Source: Actinomycetota bacterium (GTDB lineage: Bacteria > Actinomycetota > Thermoleophilia > Miltoncostaeales > Miltoncostaeaceae). Taken from it: a DNA stretch of 64,000 nt. Both the position numbers and the translations under genes were made by a program. Shown here piece by piece: positions 9,174 through 19,508 of this stretch. The stretch covers positions 34,372 to 98,371 of the forward strand of contig JANLOO010000034.1 of NCBI GenBank assembly GCA_031366605.1. Direction: 5' to 3'. How positions within the stretch are numbered: position 1 is the first letter of the stretch; every line of letters starts with the position of its first letter. A model generated the notes under the pieces. It was not told the DNA's origin and searched no databases. It saw nothing but the letters and a program-made list of their open reading frames with translations.

Positions 9174-9833
9174 TTATTCGCTCTTCGGTGATTCGGTCTC
9201 GACGGCAGCTTCGGCCACCACGGTCTGTGGCGCCTCTGCCGGCTCAACGGACTCGTGGGGAACAGCCCCATCGGCCTTCGAAACCAACTGCTTGATCGGA
9301 GCAAGCATCATAGTCATGTTTCGCCCATCGAGGTTGGGTTTGCTCTCGATGATCGCGAGTTCTTTGAGTTCAGCGGCCAGTTGATCCAGAATCCGCTCGC
9401 CACGTTCGGCGTGCATGACCTCACGTCCGCGGAACATGATCGTGACCTTGACCTTGTCGCGCTGCTTCAGGAACCGCTCCACGTGACCCTTCTTGGTCGC
9501 ATAGTCGTGCGGGTCGATCTTGGGCCGGAACTTGATCTCCTTGATGGTGATCGTGCTCTGGTGCTTGCGCGCCTGCTTGGCCTTCTGCTCTTGGTCGTAG
9601 CGCCATTTGCCGTAGTCCATGATCCGGCAGACGGGCGGCGCCGCGTCCGGAGCGATCTCGACGAGGTCGAGGTCCTGACGCGCGGACAGTTCGAGCGCCT
9701 CGCGCAGCGGAACGACCCCGACGTTGGTCAGGTCGGCGTCAATCAGGCGCACGGTCTCGCCCCGAATCGCCTCATTGATACGGGTCGACGGGCCAGCCGG
9801 CGGCCGGGTATCGGGCCCGCGCCTAGGAGGCAC
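9174..9833 (-). CDS. infC: Translation initiation factor IF-3
   Basis: The ORF contains ..[44 protein letters not shown].. and ..[17 protein letters not shown]... It has a GTG start and a C-terminal acidic tail. Confidence 0.93.
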   Translation of the reverse strand: MPPRRGPDTRPPAGPSTRINEAIRGETVRLIDADLTNVGVVPLREALELSARQDLDLVEIAPDAAPPVCRIMDYGKWRYDQEQKAKQARKHQSTITIKEIKFRPKIDPHDYATKKGHVERFLKQRDKVKVTIMFRGREVMHAERGERILDQLAAELKELAIIESKPNLDGRNMTMMLAPIKQLVSKADGAVPHESVEPAEAPQTVVAEAAVETESPKSE

Positions 9834-10066
9834 GAAGAACCTTGCTCGCGATCAGCCCCGTGCTCCGGGATTCGGAAGGGACGCACTCGCCAAGAGGCAC
9901 AGATGCAGTGATGTGTCGGGGAGTGAGAAGGTCACGTTCAGTGTTGGCGAGGATAGCAGTACGCGGAGGGAGCGCGTAGTGCGTCACGCCGCTCCGTGTC
10001 CTGAATCGCGCAAACGCCTTCCGTTTCGAGACCGACGCGTGGGGTCAATCGGCCAAGCCACGACGA

Positions 10067-11155
10067 TCACGATCGAATGCCGAAAGGTCGAAGATCGACG
10101 GACGGCTCCATCCCGATCGCAAACTCGGCCACCGCCGCAGCCAGGACGGGCGCGAACTTGAACCCGTGGCCTGAGAAGCCGGCGCAGACGATCCGGCCGT
10201 CATCGAGCCGGTCGATGACGGGGTCCTCGGTCGGCGTCATCGCGTAGAAGCACACGTCCGCACGGATGATCTGGGCGGCGGCTCCCGTGACGCCAAAACG
10301 CTTGGCGGCGTACGCCTGGATCGGAGCGAGGTCCTCTTCGGTCGCGAGGCGTGCAGCCGGATCGTCGGGATCGGCTTGCGGGCCGGTGATGTGGGACCCG
10401 ATCTTCATCCCCAGCCCATCGTGAGCGGGCATCCCGTACATCGCAAACGGTGCGCCGTCCCCGAACACCGGCACATCAGCCGGACCGCCCGCCAGGTATG
10501 CGGTCACCTGCCGGGTGGGACGGATCGCGATGTCCGCGAGGAGGGACCGCGACCAGGAACCGGCCGCCAGCACCACGATCTCGGCCTGCAGCCGGTCACC
10601 GCCGGCCAACACGACACCGGCGCAATCGGAGGCAACCACGCGATCGCGTACGAACTGGACGCCTTCCCGTCGCGCGAGACCGGCCACGGCTTGGGTGGCC
10701 CGATGGGCCCACAGAAAACCGCCGATCGGATTGGCCATACCCCAGGCGATGCCGTCGGGACGGATCGACGGCCACGTGCGGACAATGGTTTGAGCATCGA
10801 GCTCCTGACCCCTGGCGCCGAGCGCATCGAGGGCCACGAGGCTCGCCCGCTCCCACAATCCGTCGTCGCCTTCGGGCACGAGAAACAGCACCCCGACCTC
10901 GCGGTACAGGTCCGTCCCGGTTGCCTGCTCGAGCTGCCGCCACGCGGCGCGCGCCCGGAGCGTCAGCTCGGAGTAGACCGCCGCCGTGCCGTATTCGAGC
11001 CGCAGCACACGGGTCACGCCTCCGGACGCCCGCTCGACGTCACCGGTCACTCGGGGATCGACCACCGTGACCGATGCACCGAGCTGCACCAGACGCAGGG
11101 CGCAGCCCCACCCATAGATGCCGCCGCCGACGACGATCGCCCGGGGCGCTGTCAC
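10067..11155 (-). CDS. FAD-dependent oxidoreductase, DAO/sarcosine-oxidase (MSOX)-like
   Basis: MTAPRAIVVGGGIYGWGCALRLVQLGASVTVVD is a dinucleotide-binding fold. The C-terminal ..CAGFSGHGFKFAPVL.. resembles the MSOX/amadoriase family. The start overlaps the stop of the upstream gene by 4 nt. Confidence 0.8.
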   Translation of the reverse strand: MTAPRAIVVGGGIYGWGCALRLVQLGASVTVVDPRVTGDVERASGGVTRVLRLEYGTAAVYSELTLRARAAWRQLEQATGTDLYREVGVLFLVPEGDDGLWERASLVALDALGARGQELDAQTIVRTWPSIRPDGIAWGMANPIGGFLWAHRATQAVAGLARREGVQFVRDRVVASDCAGVVLAGGDRLQAEIVVLAAGSWSRSLLADIAIRPTRQVTAYLAGGPADVPVFGDGAPFAMYGMPAHDGLGMKIGSHITGPQADPDDPAARLATEEDLAPIQAYAAKRFGVTGAAAQIIRADVCFYAMTPTEDPVIDRLDDGRIVCAGFSGHGFKFAPVLAAAVAEFAIGMEPSVDLRPFGIRS

Positions 11156-12102
11156 ACCGCCGCGTGGCGCCTTTGGACCCAGGCGAGCTCACTGGCGAGC
11201 CCATCGCGGAGCCCGACCGTCGGCTCCCACCCCAATGTCTGGCGCGCCCGGGTCGTGTCTGCGCTCGTGCGTTTCACGTCGCCAGTCTGCACACCGCGGC
11301 GGTCGAGCGCCACGGTGGCACCGGCCAATTCCTCGAGCGTCGCGATGACCTCGGACAGGGTTGCCTCCTGGCCACCCCCGATGTTGTAGATGGAGTGCGG
11401 GTCCTCGGCCAGCCCGGCGAGGAACGTCCCCTCGACGGCATCGGACACGTGCGTGAAGTCGCGTGACTGCGAACCGTCGCCGAACATCGGGAACGCCGCT
11501 CCGTCCATCAGCCGCTCGCACAGGCGGCGCATCGCCATGTCCGGGCGCTGACGGGGTCCGTAGACCGTGAAGTATCGAAGGCCGACCGTCGACAGGCCCC
11601 CCAACCGGTAGATCTCGGCCAGGTCTTCACACGCACGTTTGGTCGCGCCATACGGCGAGCGCGGGCTGGTAGGCGTCACACCCTCGATCGTCGGATACGC
11701 CTCGGCGTCGCCGTAGACCGACGACGACGACGCCCACACCACCCGCGGACAGCCGGCGTCCTTCGCGGCCTCGAACACGCGTTGGGTGGCGAGGATGTTG
11801 TCGTGCACGTACCGCCCGAAGCCCTCGCCGAAACTCCCCCGCACGCCGGGCTGCGCGGCCAGGTGGAATACCACCGGGGCGTCGCGCATGAGCGGCACCA
11901 GGTCCGCCTCGGCGAGGTCCAGCTCGTCGAGGTGGAACCTCGACTCGGCGAGGAGCCCTGCGACGTTGTCCTGTTTCGCCGACCGCTCGTAGTAGTCCGT
12001 GAACGCGTCGACGCCCACGACGGACCAGCCGTCGGCGATCAGGCGTTCGGACAGGTGTGAGCCGATGAACCCGGCGCATCCGGTCACCAGTGCGGTCTTC
12101 AT
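11152..12102 (-). CDS. NAD-dependent sugar epimerase/dehydratase (SDR family)
   Basis: The inner ATG 12102 gives MKTALVTGCAGFIGSHLSERL, preceded by a GGGGAG SD sequence. A YxxxK-type region (..SPYGATKRACE..) is present. The tracked longer ORF start lies inside the upstream gene. Confidence 0.85.
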   Translation of the reverse strand: MKTALVTGCAGFIGSHLSERLIADGWSVVGVDAFTDYYERSAKQDNVAGLLAESRFHLDELDLAEADLVPLMRDAPVVFHLAAQPGVRGSFGEGFGRYVHDNILATQRVFEAAKDAGCPRVVWASSSSVYGDAEAYPTIEGVTPTSPRSPYGATKRACEDLAEIYRLGGLSTVGLRYFTVYGPRQRPDMAMRRLCERLMDGAAFPMFGDGSQSRDFTHVSDAVEGTFLAGLAEDPHSIYNIGGGQEATLSEVIATLEELAGATVALDRRGVQTGDVKRTSADTTRARQTLGWEPTVGLRDGLASELAWVQRRHAAV

Positions 12103-12863
12103 GAGGTCTCCCCTTTTCTCAAGTTCGTCGTTCGGACAATCCGAGCCATCGAACACATCTCGGTGTTCGGGTGGCCGGCGAGTACACCGAGCAGTTCGGC
12201 GACTCCATCGCACTCGGCCTCGTCCATCACCGCGTGATGCAACATCACACCGAGTGGAGCAGGGCCCGCTGCGCGTTCAGCGAGGAGCGCTCCCAGCGCG
12301 GCTCGCGACAACCGTTCCCCTCTGCGAGCGGCGAGCCAATCCACCTGCACCACGAGCTCGCCCAGCCCGGTGATGCCCAGCAGCTCGGCGGTCGAATCGC
12401 GTGACAGCACCGCGACACCCAGGTCGGCCAGAGCAGCGCCGGTGTCGGCCGTGCAGCGGTTCCAGGGGGGCGTGAAGATCGGATCGAGCGCGTCGCCGAG
12501 CTGCGCGTGCAGCAGGCGACGCCCCTCGGCGATGTCACGTCGCTGGGCATCGAACGACCGGGCGGGGCCGAACTCGCACTTGCGCCCCTCGGGTTGGTGG
12601 TTGGCGTGGCAGTAGCCATGTTGATGCAATCCCAGCCGTCCGCCCGACGCAGCGTGGCGGCTTCGAAGCTCCGCGGCGAGCCCTGGGCGCAGCTCGGTCG
12701 GGATCACGGCCAGATCGATCGGCGCCTCGTGCGCGGCGAACAGATCGAGGAGCGTGAGCAACCGCGCGTCGGCCCACCCGGCGTCGTCGTCACGGACGAA
12801 GACGGTGATCGGCTTCGTCGCCCCGTCCAAGGCGGCACGTAGGGGATCGAGCCAAGCGCTCAT
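12099..12863 (-). CDS. Polysaccharide-deacetylase-like (CE4-type metal triad) protein
   Basis: This is the inner ATG 12863 of ORF 12099..13556: MSAWLDPLRAALDGATKPITVFVRDDDAGW...LHQHGYCH... A D-D and H..H pattern is present. There is an ATGA overlap with the upstream GT. Confidence 0.6.
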   Translation of the reverse strand: MSAWLDPLRAALDGATKPITVFVRDDDAGWADARLLTLLDLFAAHEAPIDLAVIPTELRPGLAAELRSRHAASGGRLGLHQHGYCHANHQPEGRKCEFGPARSFDAQRRDIAEGRRLLHAQLGDALDPIFTPPWNRCTADTGAALADLGVAVLSRDSTAELLGITGLGELVVQVDWLAARRGERLSRAALGALLAERAAGPAPLGVMLHHAVMDEAECDGVAELLGVLAGHPNTEMCSMARIVRTTNLRKGETS

Positions 12864-14035
12864 GCGGTCCTCGCCCCGATCAGACCGCCGAGCAGGCGCG
12901 CCGAGCTCCGCCGCCCGTCGAGGTCCAGGTCCGCGGGTGCTGGAGCGAAGCCCGACAGCAAGTCCCGAACCTCGGCCGCCATGCGATCGCCGCTCAACTC
13001 GCGATGCGGCAGGACCCGTATGACACCGTTGGCCACCAGGCGCCTGGCGCGATCGGTCTGCTCCGTATCGCGCCGCTCGGCGTACGGCACGACCAGCGCG
13101 GGCACGCGAGCGCGCAGGATGTCCATCGCCGTGTTGTAGCCGCACTGGCTCACGCTCGCGACCGAGCGACGCATCTCCCACTCCAGGTCCGCGACGGAGC
13201 GCACGACGTCCAGCCCGACGACCCCATCGGCCGCGTCGACGAGCCACTCCCAGACACTGTCGGGCGCGAACGGACCGGCCACGACGGTCATCTCGGTGCC
13301 GGTGCCGGCGTGGAGCCGACGTTGCGCGTCCACCGCCGCCCGGAAGATCGGCTCGCCGACCATGCCGCCGCCAGCCGACACCAGCACGCGCTCGCGACGG
13401 TCGGAGGGCTCCACGATCCGGCCCGTGGCAGGTGCCGTGACGAAGCCGGTGTAGTGGACCGGAATCGCCAGCGGCGTTCTCGGGCGGAACGTCTCCTCCA
13501 ACCGGGCAAACCGCGGGTCGGCGTGGACCAGCACGGCGTCGAAGTATCGGTTGCACAGGGTGCTCGCCCGCTCGTCGTGGTCGGCCTGGTCCGGCCGGTC
13601 CCCGACCAGTAGGTCTCGCACGCTGGACACGACGATGGGTCGGCTGCCGCCGCCTGCGTGGATGGCATCGAGGAACGGCAGGAGCTCGGGCCCGAATTTC
13701 TTGCGACCGAACGGGAACAGCTCGATCACGACCGCCGCCGGTCGATGGTCGTCGAGGCAGCGGAGCATCGTCTCACGGCGGATCTGGAGGGCCTGCCCGA
13801 CCGAGAGCGACGCGTCGTGGCTGATCAGGTCGTGGGTCGGCTGGCCGAGCGGCGGCAGGTTGACGACCTGCACGCCCACTGGCACGACCGCCGTCTCGGG
13901 CATCCGTCCCCCGTTCAAGAGCACGACGTCGAAACGCTCCGCCAGGCCGTCGATCAGAGCCAGGGAACGGACCAAGTGGCCCAAGCCGATCGAGTGCTGG
14001 CAATAGAACACAAGCGTCGGGCGGAGGCTCACCAT
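12860..14035 (-). CDS. GT-B glycosyltransferase, GT28 (MurG-like C-terminal domain) family
   Basis: MVSLRPTLVFYCQHSIGLGHLVRSLALIDGL...VSQCGYNTAMDILRARVPALVVPY. 391 aa. Confidence 0.7.
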   Translation of the reverse strand: MVSLRPTLVFYCQHSIGLGHLVRSLALIDGLAERFDVVLLNGGRMPETAVVPVGVQVVNLPPLGQPTHDLISHDASLSVGQALQIRRETMLRCLDDHRPAAVVIELFPFGRKKFGPELLPFLDAIHAGGGSRPIVVSSVRDLLVGDRPDQADHDERASTLCNRYFDAVLVHADPRFARLEETFRPRTPLAIPVHYTGFVTAPATGRIVEPSDRRERVLVSAGGGMVGEPIFRAAVDAQRRLHAGTGTEMTVVAGPFAPDSVWEWLVDAADGVVGLDVVRSVADLEWEMRRSVASVSQCGYNTAMDILRARVPALVVPYAERRDTEQTDRARRLVANGVIRVLPHRELSGDRMAAEVRDLLSGFAPAPADLDLDGRRSSARLLGGLIGARTA

Positions 14036-15333
14036 GGCTCCTCGGTGAGCGCCGCCTCCGCCCGCAGGAGAAGCTCGGGCAGATGCGTCAAACCCTCCAC
14101 CCGCACACGGCTGACGGCGCGCAACGCCCGTTCAGCCACCGTCGCCGCCGCGACGTGCCAGCGGATCGTGTCCTGGTCAGGGAGCGCCCGGTGTGCCCCA
14201 TAGCTCTCCACGAACGCACGGATCAGTTGACGGGCCGTGATCGCGTCCCAGTCACCGATCATCGTGCCGTACTGCACACGCGCGATCAGGCTTGCGATGT
14301 CCGCCGCGGCGGGCCCGAGCCCGGCCTGGTCGATGTCGATCATCGAGAGGCGATCGCCGTCCAGGAGCGCGTTCTTGGGATGGACGTCACCATGCAGGAC
14401 GCAGTCGACGCCCAGGTCGGGAGGCTCGGCAGCCGCGAGACGCTCACCCACACGCTGTGCGAGGTCCGCGACATCCGGCCGGCCCGTCGCGACCAGCTCG
14501 GCGCAGTGAACGGCCCGCTCGGCGCTGAGGCGCGCGAACCGGGGGATGCCGGTGGCCTCGAACGGCGCGGTGTCGAACCCGTGCGTGCAGGCGAGCGCCT
14601 CTCCGAGCCGGTGCATCACAACCGGCAGCGCGTCGGGCCCGACATCGGACCACGGGTGACCCGGCATGGCCTCTTGCAGGATGATTCCGTGCTCCTGCGA
14701 CGACGCGGCGACCCTCGGTGACGCGACGCCGAGGCCAGCCGCCGCGAAGCCGTCAGCCATCAGCTCGTACCGGGCGACGAGCTCCGGAATCGACGAGGCC
14801 GGCATCGGTGCGTACGCCTTCGCGTAGCCGACGACGCCTCCGTCGGCGTCGAGCGCCCGGACCGTCACGGTGCGCTCCGGCGCGAGCTGGACGACCTCAC
14901 TGCGTGTCCAGCTCCTCCACTCGGCTCCGGGGGAGAGCAACGACGGCGACATCAGCGCCGTGAGGGAGGTGAGCCGGCGATCGTTGGGAAATGTCCACCA
15001 CACCGTGTCGATCGGCAGATCGTGCGCGACGGGGTTGAGTCCCCCGGCCGGCACGGCGGCTTCCAGCGCGTGTGCGTACGCGGTCCGCCCGGAGCCATTC
15101 GCGAAGGACCGCGCGGCAACGAGATGTTGCTCGCCGCCCGACCGAACGCGGTAGACGGCCCGCACGCTCTCACCGATGCGGTAGTTGGCACGCTCCAGCC
15201 GGCAGAGGTCGAACGGCGCCGCGGAGCCGAGCAGCGCGGGCAGCCGCCGGGCGACGGCGTCGGGATCGAGCACGACGTCGCGCGCCGGGACGGCGGGGTC
15301 GGCCGCAAACGCGGCGAGCCACGGCAGGGTCAT
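14029..15333 (-). CDS. APH-fold phosphotransferase (aminoglycoside/sugar kinase-like)
   Basis: ..CVLHGDVHPKNALLDGDRLSMIDIDQAG.. contains the HGDxxxxN catalytic loop and IDxD. 434 aa. Confidence 0.75.
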   Translation of the reverse strand: MTLPWLAAFAADPAVPARDVVLDPDAVARRLPALLGSAAPFDLCRLERANYRIGESVRAVYRVRSGGEQHLVAARSFANGSGRTAYAHALEAAVPAGGLNPVAHDLPIDTVWWTFPNDRRLTSLTALMSPSLLSPGAEWRSWTRSEVVQLAPERTVTVRALDADGGVVGYAKAYAPMPASSIPELVARYELMADGFAAAGLGVASPRVAASSQEHGIILQEAMPGHPWSDVGPDALPVVMHRLGEALACTHGFDTAPFEATGIPRFARLSAERAVHCAELVATGRPDVADLAQRVGERLAAAEPPDLGVDCVLHGDVHPKNALLDGDRLSMIDIDQAGLGPAAADIASLIARVQYGTMIGDWDAITARQLIRAFVESYGAHRALPDQDTIRWHVAAATVAERALRAVSRVRVEGLTHLPELLLRAEAALTEEPW

Positions 15334-17120
15334 GACGCAACCTCCACTGCGACCGCCAAGCCGCCAGAGCCGTCACGGCGCCATCTGATCTCGTGTGCGA
15401 TCCCGGCGATCGTGGCGCGCCCCCGCCAGCCGTTCAGGTCGACGACCTCGGTCACGACGGACGCCGCCCGCCGGCCCGGCACGATCAGGGTCACGATGTC
15501 GGCGTCCGCATGCCCCACGACGGCCGCGACGACCACGGGGGCGGGGAGCTTGACGCCGTACACCGGGGAGACCCACCCGTCCTCGATGGACACGCTGGCA
15601 GCGCCCCGGGCGACGACCATTGTCAACCCCGGCGCGGTGACGCCGCCGCCGCCGCCCGCATCCACCACGAGGGTGGTCTGCCCGGAGGCGCCCGCGGCAA
15701 GGTGCCAGCGGGCCTCATATCGATGCGGCTGCTCGCCGCGCAGATGGTCGACAACGATCCAGAAGTCGTCCGCGACGAACGCAAGGTCCCGGACATGGAC
15801 GGCGTCGTGAACGACGCTGCGAACCTCACCTACCACGACGTCCAGGCCGTCGACGCTCGAGCGTGCAAGCAGCGTCGCGACGGATGGCTGCTTGGGCGCG
15901 CTCCGCCGGTATGGGGTCTGGTCCAGACCGTCGATCATGACCGTGTTGTGCGCCGCCGTCCCCTTGAAGTAGTGGCGCCACTGTCCGTCCTCGTCGGTAT
16001 AGGTATAGCGGCCCGGGTCGATGATGAGGGTCGCCCCGTCAGCCGCGATTTCGACGCTGAGCTGGTCGTAGTGACCGTGGCCGCCGTCGCCGAGCGGGCC
16101 GACGTCGAACAGGCAGAACCGCTCGTCCACATAGGCGCGCTCCCGTTCCCCCCACCCGCTTCGTTGGACGGCGTACCCCCCGACCGGGAATGCGACATTG
16201 CGGCCCCCCGGCGGCCGGCCGGCGGTGCCGCCGGTGGCAGCCCACCGCAAGTCGTCGCGACCGAGCAGGTCCGCGCCAAGCGCGAGCAGCCGCCGGTAGT
16301 CGCCCTCATCCCCGTCGGAGAAAGACGGGGTCGTTCCGTCTGGCCGCTGCACGTGCAGCGCGAAGTCGCAGGCCAGGCCGACGCGCTCGACGAAGCCCTC
16401 CGGAAGGGCGACACCGAGTTTCTGAGCGTTGGCGATCGTCCCCAGGAACGAGCGCAGCACGATCATGTGGTAATCGGTCGAGCATTCGCGGTGCACACCG
16501 TCGTCCCAGATGTCCGTGCGCAGGTTGCGGTCGAGCTCCTCGATCGCGCCGCGAAGCCGCTCGCCACCGGGGTCGTTGTGCGGAAACGCCATGGTGACGA
16601 TGACGAGCGCATACAACTCCATGGTCCGGTGGTTGCGCCCGGGAGTGAGGTTGAACGCCAGATGCAGGGCGTCGGCGGCGATCCGGTCGACGAGGCGTTC
16701 CGCCAGTCCGTTACGCAACCCTCGGTAGGCCGGCGCGGCCGCGAACCGCTGCCACGCGTAGGTCCAGTTTTGTAGGCGTCGCGCCGAGACGTCGGATGTG
16801 TCGTGGCCGACGGCAACCTGGTCGCAGAACTCCTCGACCAGATCCTCCCACGCGGTCAGGTACTCGCGGTCACCCGTCGTCGCGAATGCGTGGGCCAGGT
16901 CGAGGCCCTCGTAGAGCTTGACCCACTCGATGCGCCATTCCTTGTCGTGGCCGATCTGGCTGATCCAATCCGGTCGCCGCCCAAGCGCGACCGTCGACCC
17001 GGCATGCGTGAAGCGCCCCTCCACGGCATCGCCGGCGATCTGCATGTCCCGGTGCAGGTGATCGATCACGCAGACCAGAGGGGCCGGCGACAGCGTCGAC
17101 TGCGCGCCAGAGGACGTCAT
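15330..17120 (-). CDS. Heparinase II/III-like family protein with no signal peptide
   Basis: The 596-aa ORF contains ..ECSTDYHMIVLRSF.. and ..GDGGHGHYDQLSVEI..GRYTY.., which are typical of the heparinase II/III C-terminal domain. The N-terminus is not hydrophobic. Confidence 0.7.
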   Translation of the reverse strand: MTSSGAQSTLSPAPLVCVIDHLHRDMQIAGDAVEGRFTHAGSTVALGRRPDWISQIGHDKEWRIEWVKLYEGLDLAHAFATTGDREYLTAWEDLVEEFCDQVAVGHDTSDVSARRLQNWTYAWQRFAAAPAYRGLRNGLAERLVDRIAADALHLAFNLTPGRNHRTMELYALVIVTMAFPHNDPGGERLRGAIEELDRNLRTDIWDDGVHRECSTDYHMIVLRSFLGTIANAQKLGVALPEGFVERVGLACDFALHVQRPDGTTPSFSDGDEGDYRRLLALGADLLGRDDLRWAATGGTAGRPPGGRNVAFPVGGYAVQRSGWGERERAYVDERFCLFDVGPLGDGGHGHYDQLSVEIAADGATLIIDPGRYTYTDEDGQWRHYFKGTAAHNTVMIDGLDQTPYRRSAPKQPSVATLLARSSVDGLDVVVGEVRSVVHDAVHVRDLAFVADDFWIVVDHLRGEQPHRYEARWHLAAGASGQTTLVVDAGGGGGVTAPGLTMVVARGAASVSIEDGWVSPVYGVKLPAPVVVAAVVGHADADIVTLIVPGRRAASVVTEVVDLNGWRGRATIAGIAHEIRWRRDGSGGLAVAVEVAS

Positions 17121-18448
17121 TCGCCGACCGCCCGGAAGAGCGCCGCCATGCGCAGGGCGAGGACATCCCCGTCGAACCGCTCCTGGACGGTCGCGCGGCC
17201 CGCCCGGGCAAGCCGCTCGCAGAGCGCCGGGTCCCCAGCCAGGCGCTGCAAGCCGTCGGCGAGCGCCTCGGGCGATTCTGGTGCGACCAGGACGCCGTTG
17301 ACGCCGTCCTCGATGAGCTCCGGGATGCCGGACACCGGCGTCGAGACCGCCGGGAGCCCCGCGGCCATCGCCTCGACCATCACGTTGGGGATGCCGTCGC
17401 GATCGCCGTTCTCGGTGACGCGGCAGGGCAGCGCGAACACGCTCGACCGCCGGTACTCGTCGAGGAGCTGTTCCTGGGTGACCGGCCCGAGCAGTGTCAC
17501 GGCATCGGTCAGCCCTCGCTCTCGGATCATCGTCCGGATCTCGTCGGCATTGTCACCGCCACCTCCCGCGATCACCGCGTCCAGGGCGACGCCGCGGCGG
17601 CGCAGGATCGCGACCGCCTCCACCAGCAGATCGAAACCCTTCTTGTGGACCAGACTGCCCACACCGATCACCCGGAACCGCTGCGGAGGCGCGGCCGGGG
17701 GCGACTGCGCCAGGAGACGCGTGAAGTCGGTGTTGAGCCCGTGGTAGACGAGGTGGATGGGGACGTCGACCCCGACTGACTCGAGGTAATCGTGGTTGGC
17801 CCCCGTGCACGTCACAACGAAGCGCGCCGCCCGCATCTTGCGGGCCAGGAGCCCGCCCGGATTCTGCGATCGCTCATAGATGTCCTTTGCGTGACCGGTG
17901 AACGAGAAGGACCGGCCCGAGATGATCGACGCCCACCAGGTCACGGTCGTGGTTCCGTGGGCGAAGTGGGCATGCAGGTGGGAGACCTCGGGCGAATCGT
18001 GGAGCATGTCCGCCAGCGCCACCGCACGCAGGAACTCGCGAGCCGGCACCTTGGTGGGCTTCCATCCCTTTCGCCCCTCGACCGCGAGCGCCACGGCCCA
18101 CGCGGCGCACCGTGCGACGCGCAGCGGATGCCGCCGCGCCTCGCGACGCAGAGCGGGCAGGAACCGCGGGACATTCTGGCGGACCCACTGGTGGAATGGT
18201 TTGGCCTTGAGGGCGGCGGCGGTCGGAAGATACTCGGGGACGGTGCGGATCTCGCCGACCACCCGGTGGTGGCGCTCCTCGTCGCGCGGTTTGAGCACGA
18301 ACAGGCGCAAGGGCACGCAGTTCTGCTCCAAACGCCAGATCTCGCTGGCGATGAAAAGCTCGGTCATGCGCGGGTAGCCCATCAGGACGTACCCGATCGT
18401 CCCGTTCCGCCCCGGGCGCGCCGTTCGCTCCGTTCCCCGGTCAGCCAT
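17117..18448 (-). CDS. GT4 glycosyltransferase, WcaL-like
   Basis: The inner ATG 18448 gives MADRGTERT..IGYVLMGYPRMTELFIASEIWRLEQ... The C-terminal ..VEAMAAGLPAVSTPVSGIPELIEDGVNGVLV.. is an EX7E-type motif. It overlaps the upstream stop by 8 nt. Confidence 0.8.
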   Translation of the reverse strand: MADRGTERTARPGRNGTIGYVLMGYPRMTELFIASEIWRLEQNCVPLRLFVLKPRDEERHHRVVGEIRTVPEYLPTAAALKAKPFHQWVRQNVPRFLPALRREARRHPLRVARCAAWAVALAVEGRKGWKPTKVPAREFLRAVALADMLHDSPEVSHLHAHFAHGTTTVTWWASIISGRSFSFTGHAKDIYERSQNPGGLLARKMRAARFVVTCTGANHDYLESVGVDVPIHLVYHGLNTDFTRLLAQSPPAAPPQRFRVIGVGSLVHKKGFDLLVEAVAILRRRGVALDAVIAGGGGDNADEIRTMIRERGLTDAVTLLGPVTQEQLLDEYRRSSVFALPCRVTENGDRDGIPNVMVEAMAAGLPAVSTPVSGIPELIEDGVNGVLVAPESPEALADGLQRLAGDPALCERLARAGRATVQERFDGDVLALRMAALFRAVGE

Positions 18449-19508
18449 AGACCGCCGCCAGGTGATCGATGAGGCGCGCCGTGCACGCGCCGAGCTCGTA
18501 GTCGTGCTCGACGCGTCGCCGCCCTCCCGCTCCGAGGCGCTCGCGCAAGGCGGCATCGGCGGCGAGCCGGTCCAGGGCGGCCGCCAGGGCGACGGCGTCG
18601 CCTGGTGGCACCAGGATACCCGTGGCATCGGTCTCGACCGCCGCCGATACGGCGCCGACGTCGCTCGCGACGACGGGTCTGCCCGTCGCCATCGCCTCGA
18701 GCACGACGTTGGGAAGCCCATCGCGATCTCCCTCGGCGTTGACGATGGACGGCACCGCCACGACGTGGGAATCGGCGTACGCCGTCGGCAGCTCGCTGTG
18801 GGTCATCGGTCCGGCCAATGTCACGCGGTCCCCGAGCCCGGCGGCGGTGATCCGGGCGACCAGATCATCGTGGAGCGGCCCGTCTCCCACGATGCTCACC
18901 GACAGCGGCTCACGGGCGAGCGCGGCCGCCTCGACGAGCACCGCGAAGCCCTTCTTCTCGACAAGTCGCCCGACGGCCAGCACCGCCAGCCGGCCGTTCG
19001 CCGTCACGGGATGGGCAGGCTGGAACCGCCCGATGTCGACGCCGTGGGGAATCAACGCGACCCGTGCGCCCAGTGCGGAGAACTCGGTCGCGACGTCGCG
19101 ATTGCAGGCCACGATGCAGGCGGCCTCACGCGCGCGCGCGGCGAGCTGGGCAGGGGGAACCTTGCGGGCATCGAGGGCGTGGGTGCTGAAACCCCAGCGG
19201 CATCCCAGAATCGCTGCAGCGTGTGACGCCACCTCGGCGGGGACGTGGGCGAAGTACGCGTGCAGGCCGCTGATCGGCGCGTCCGCGAGCACGGCGACCA
19301 CCTCGCCTGCCTGCTGAGCCGGAGTGCCGGGCGCGAGCATCCGGACCCGGTGGGCGATGCGCTCGATGCCGGGGTGGATCGAGCCATCCCCGATCTTGGT
19401 CGCGAACACGGCCTCGAGGACGCCGGCGGCCTCAAGGGCCACCAGCTCGTTGAGCGCGAACGTCTCGGACCGGCGCGGGAACCCGCTCACGATCACGGCG
19501 AGCCTCAC
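18441..19508 (-). CDS. GT4 glycosyltransferase, WcaL-like (paralogue of 17117-18448)
   Basis: GTG 19508 gives VRLAVIVSGFPRRSETFALNELVALE... The ORF also contains ..LEAMATGRPVVASDVGAVSAAVETDATGILV... There is a GTGA overlap with the upstream kinase. Confidence 0.8.
   Translation of the reverse strand: MRLAVIVSGFPRRSETFALNELVALEAAGVLEAVFATKIGDGSIHPGIERIAHRVRMLAPGTPAQQAGEVVAVLADAPISGLHAYFAHVPAEVASHAAAILGCRWGFSTHALDARKVPPAQLAARAREAACIVACNRDVATEFSALGARVALIPHGVDIGRFQPAHPVTANGRLAVLAVGRLVEKKGFAVLVEAAALAREPLSVSIVGDGPLHDDLVARITAAGLGDRVTLAGPMTHSELPTAYADSHVVAVPSIVNAEGDRDGLPNVVLEAMATGRPVVASDVGAVSAAVETDATGILVPPGDAVALAAALDRLAADAALRERLGAGGRRRVEHDYELGACTARLIDHLAAVYG

Noticed and set aside
9834-10066. Possible L20-binding leader or ncRNA upstream of infC
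   Set aside because: Some local hairpins are present (GGAGCG...CGCTCC), but I cannot match them to any known leader by eye. I have left it as an ordinary 5' UTR/promoter region.
12864-13556. N-terminal 231 aa of tracked ORF 12099..13556. The same applies to 18449..18721, 19509..19625, 55936..56187 and 56619..57305.
   Set aside because: These extensions overlap the upstream gene in another frame and are Arg/Gly-rich. Each has an internal start that forms a 1-8 nt overlap with the upstream stop and begins the recognisable domain.
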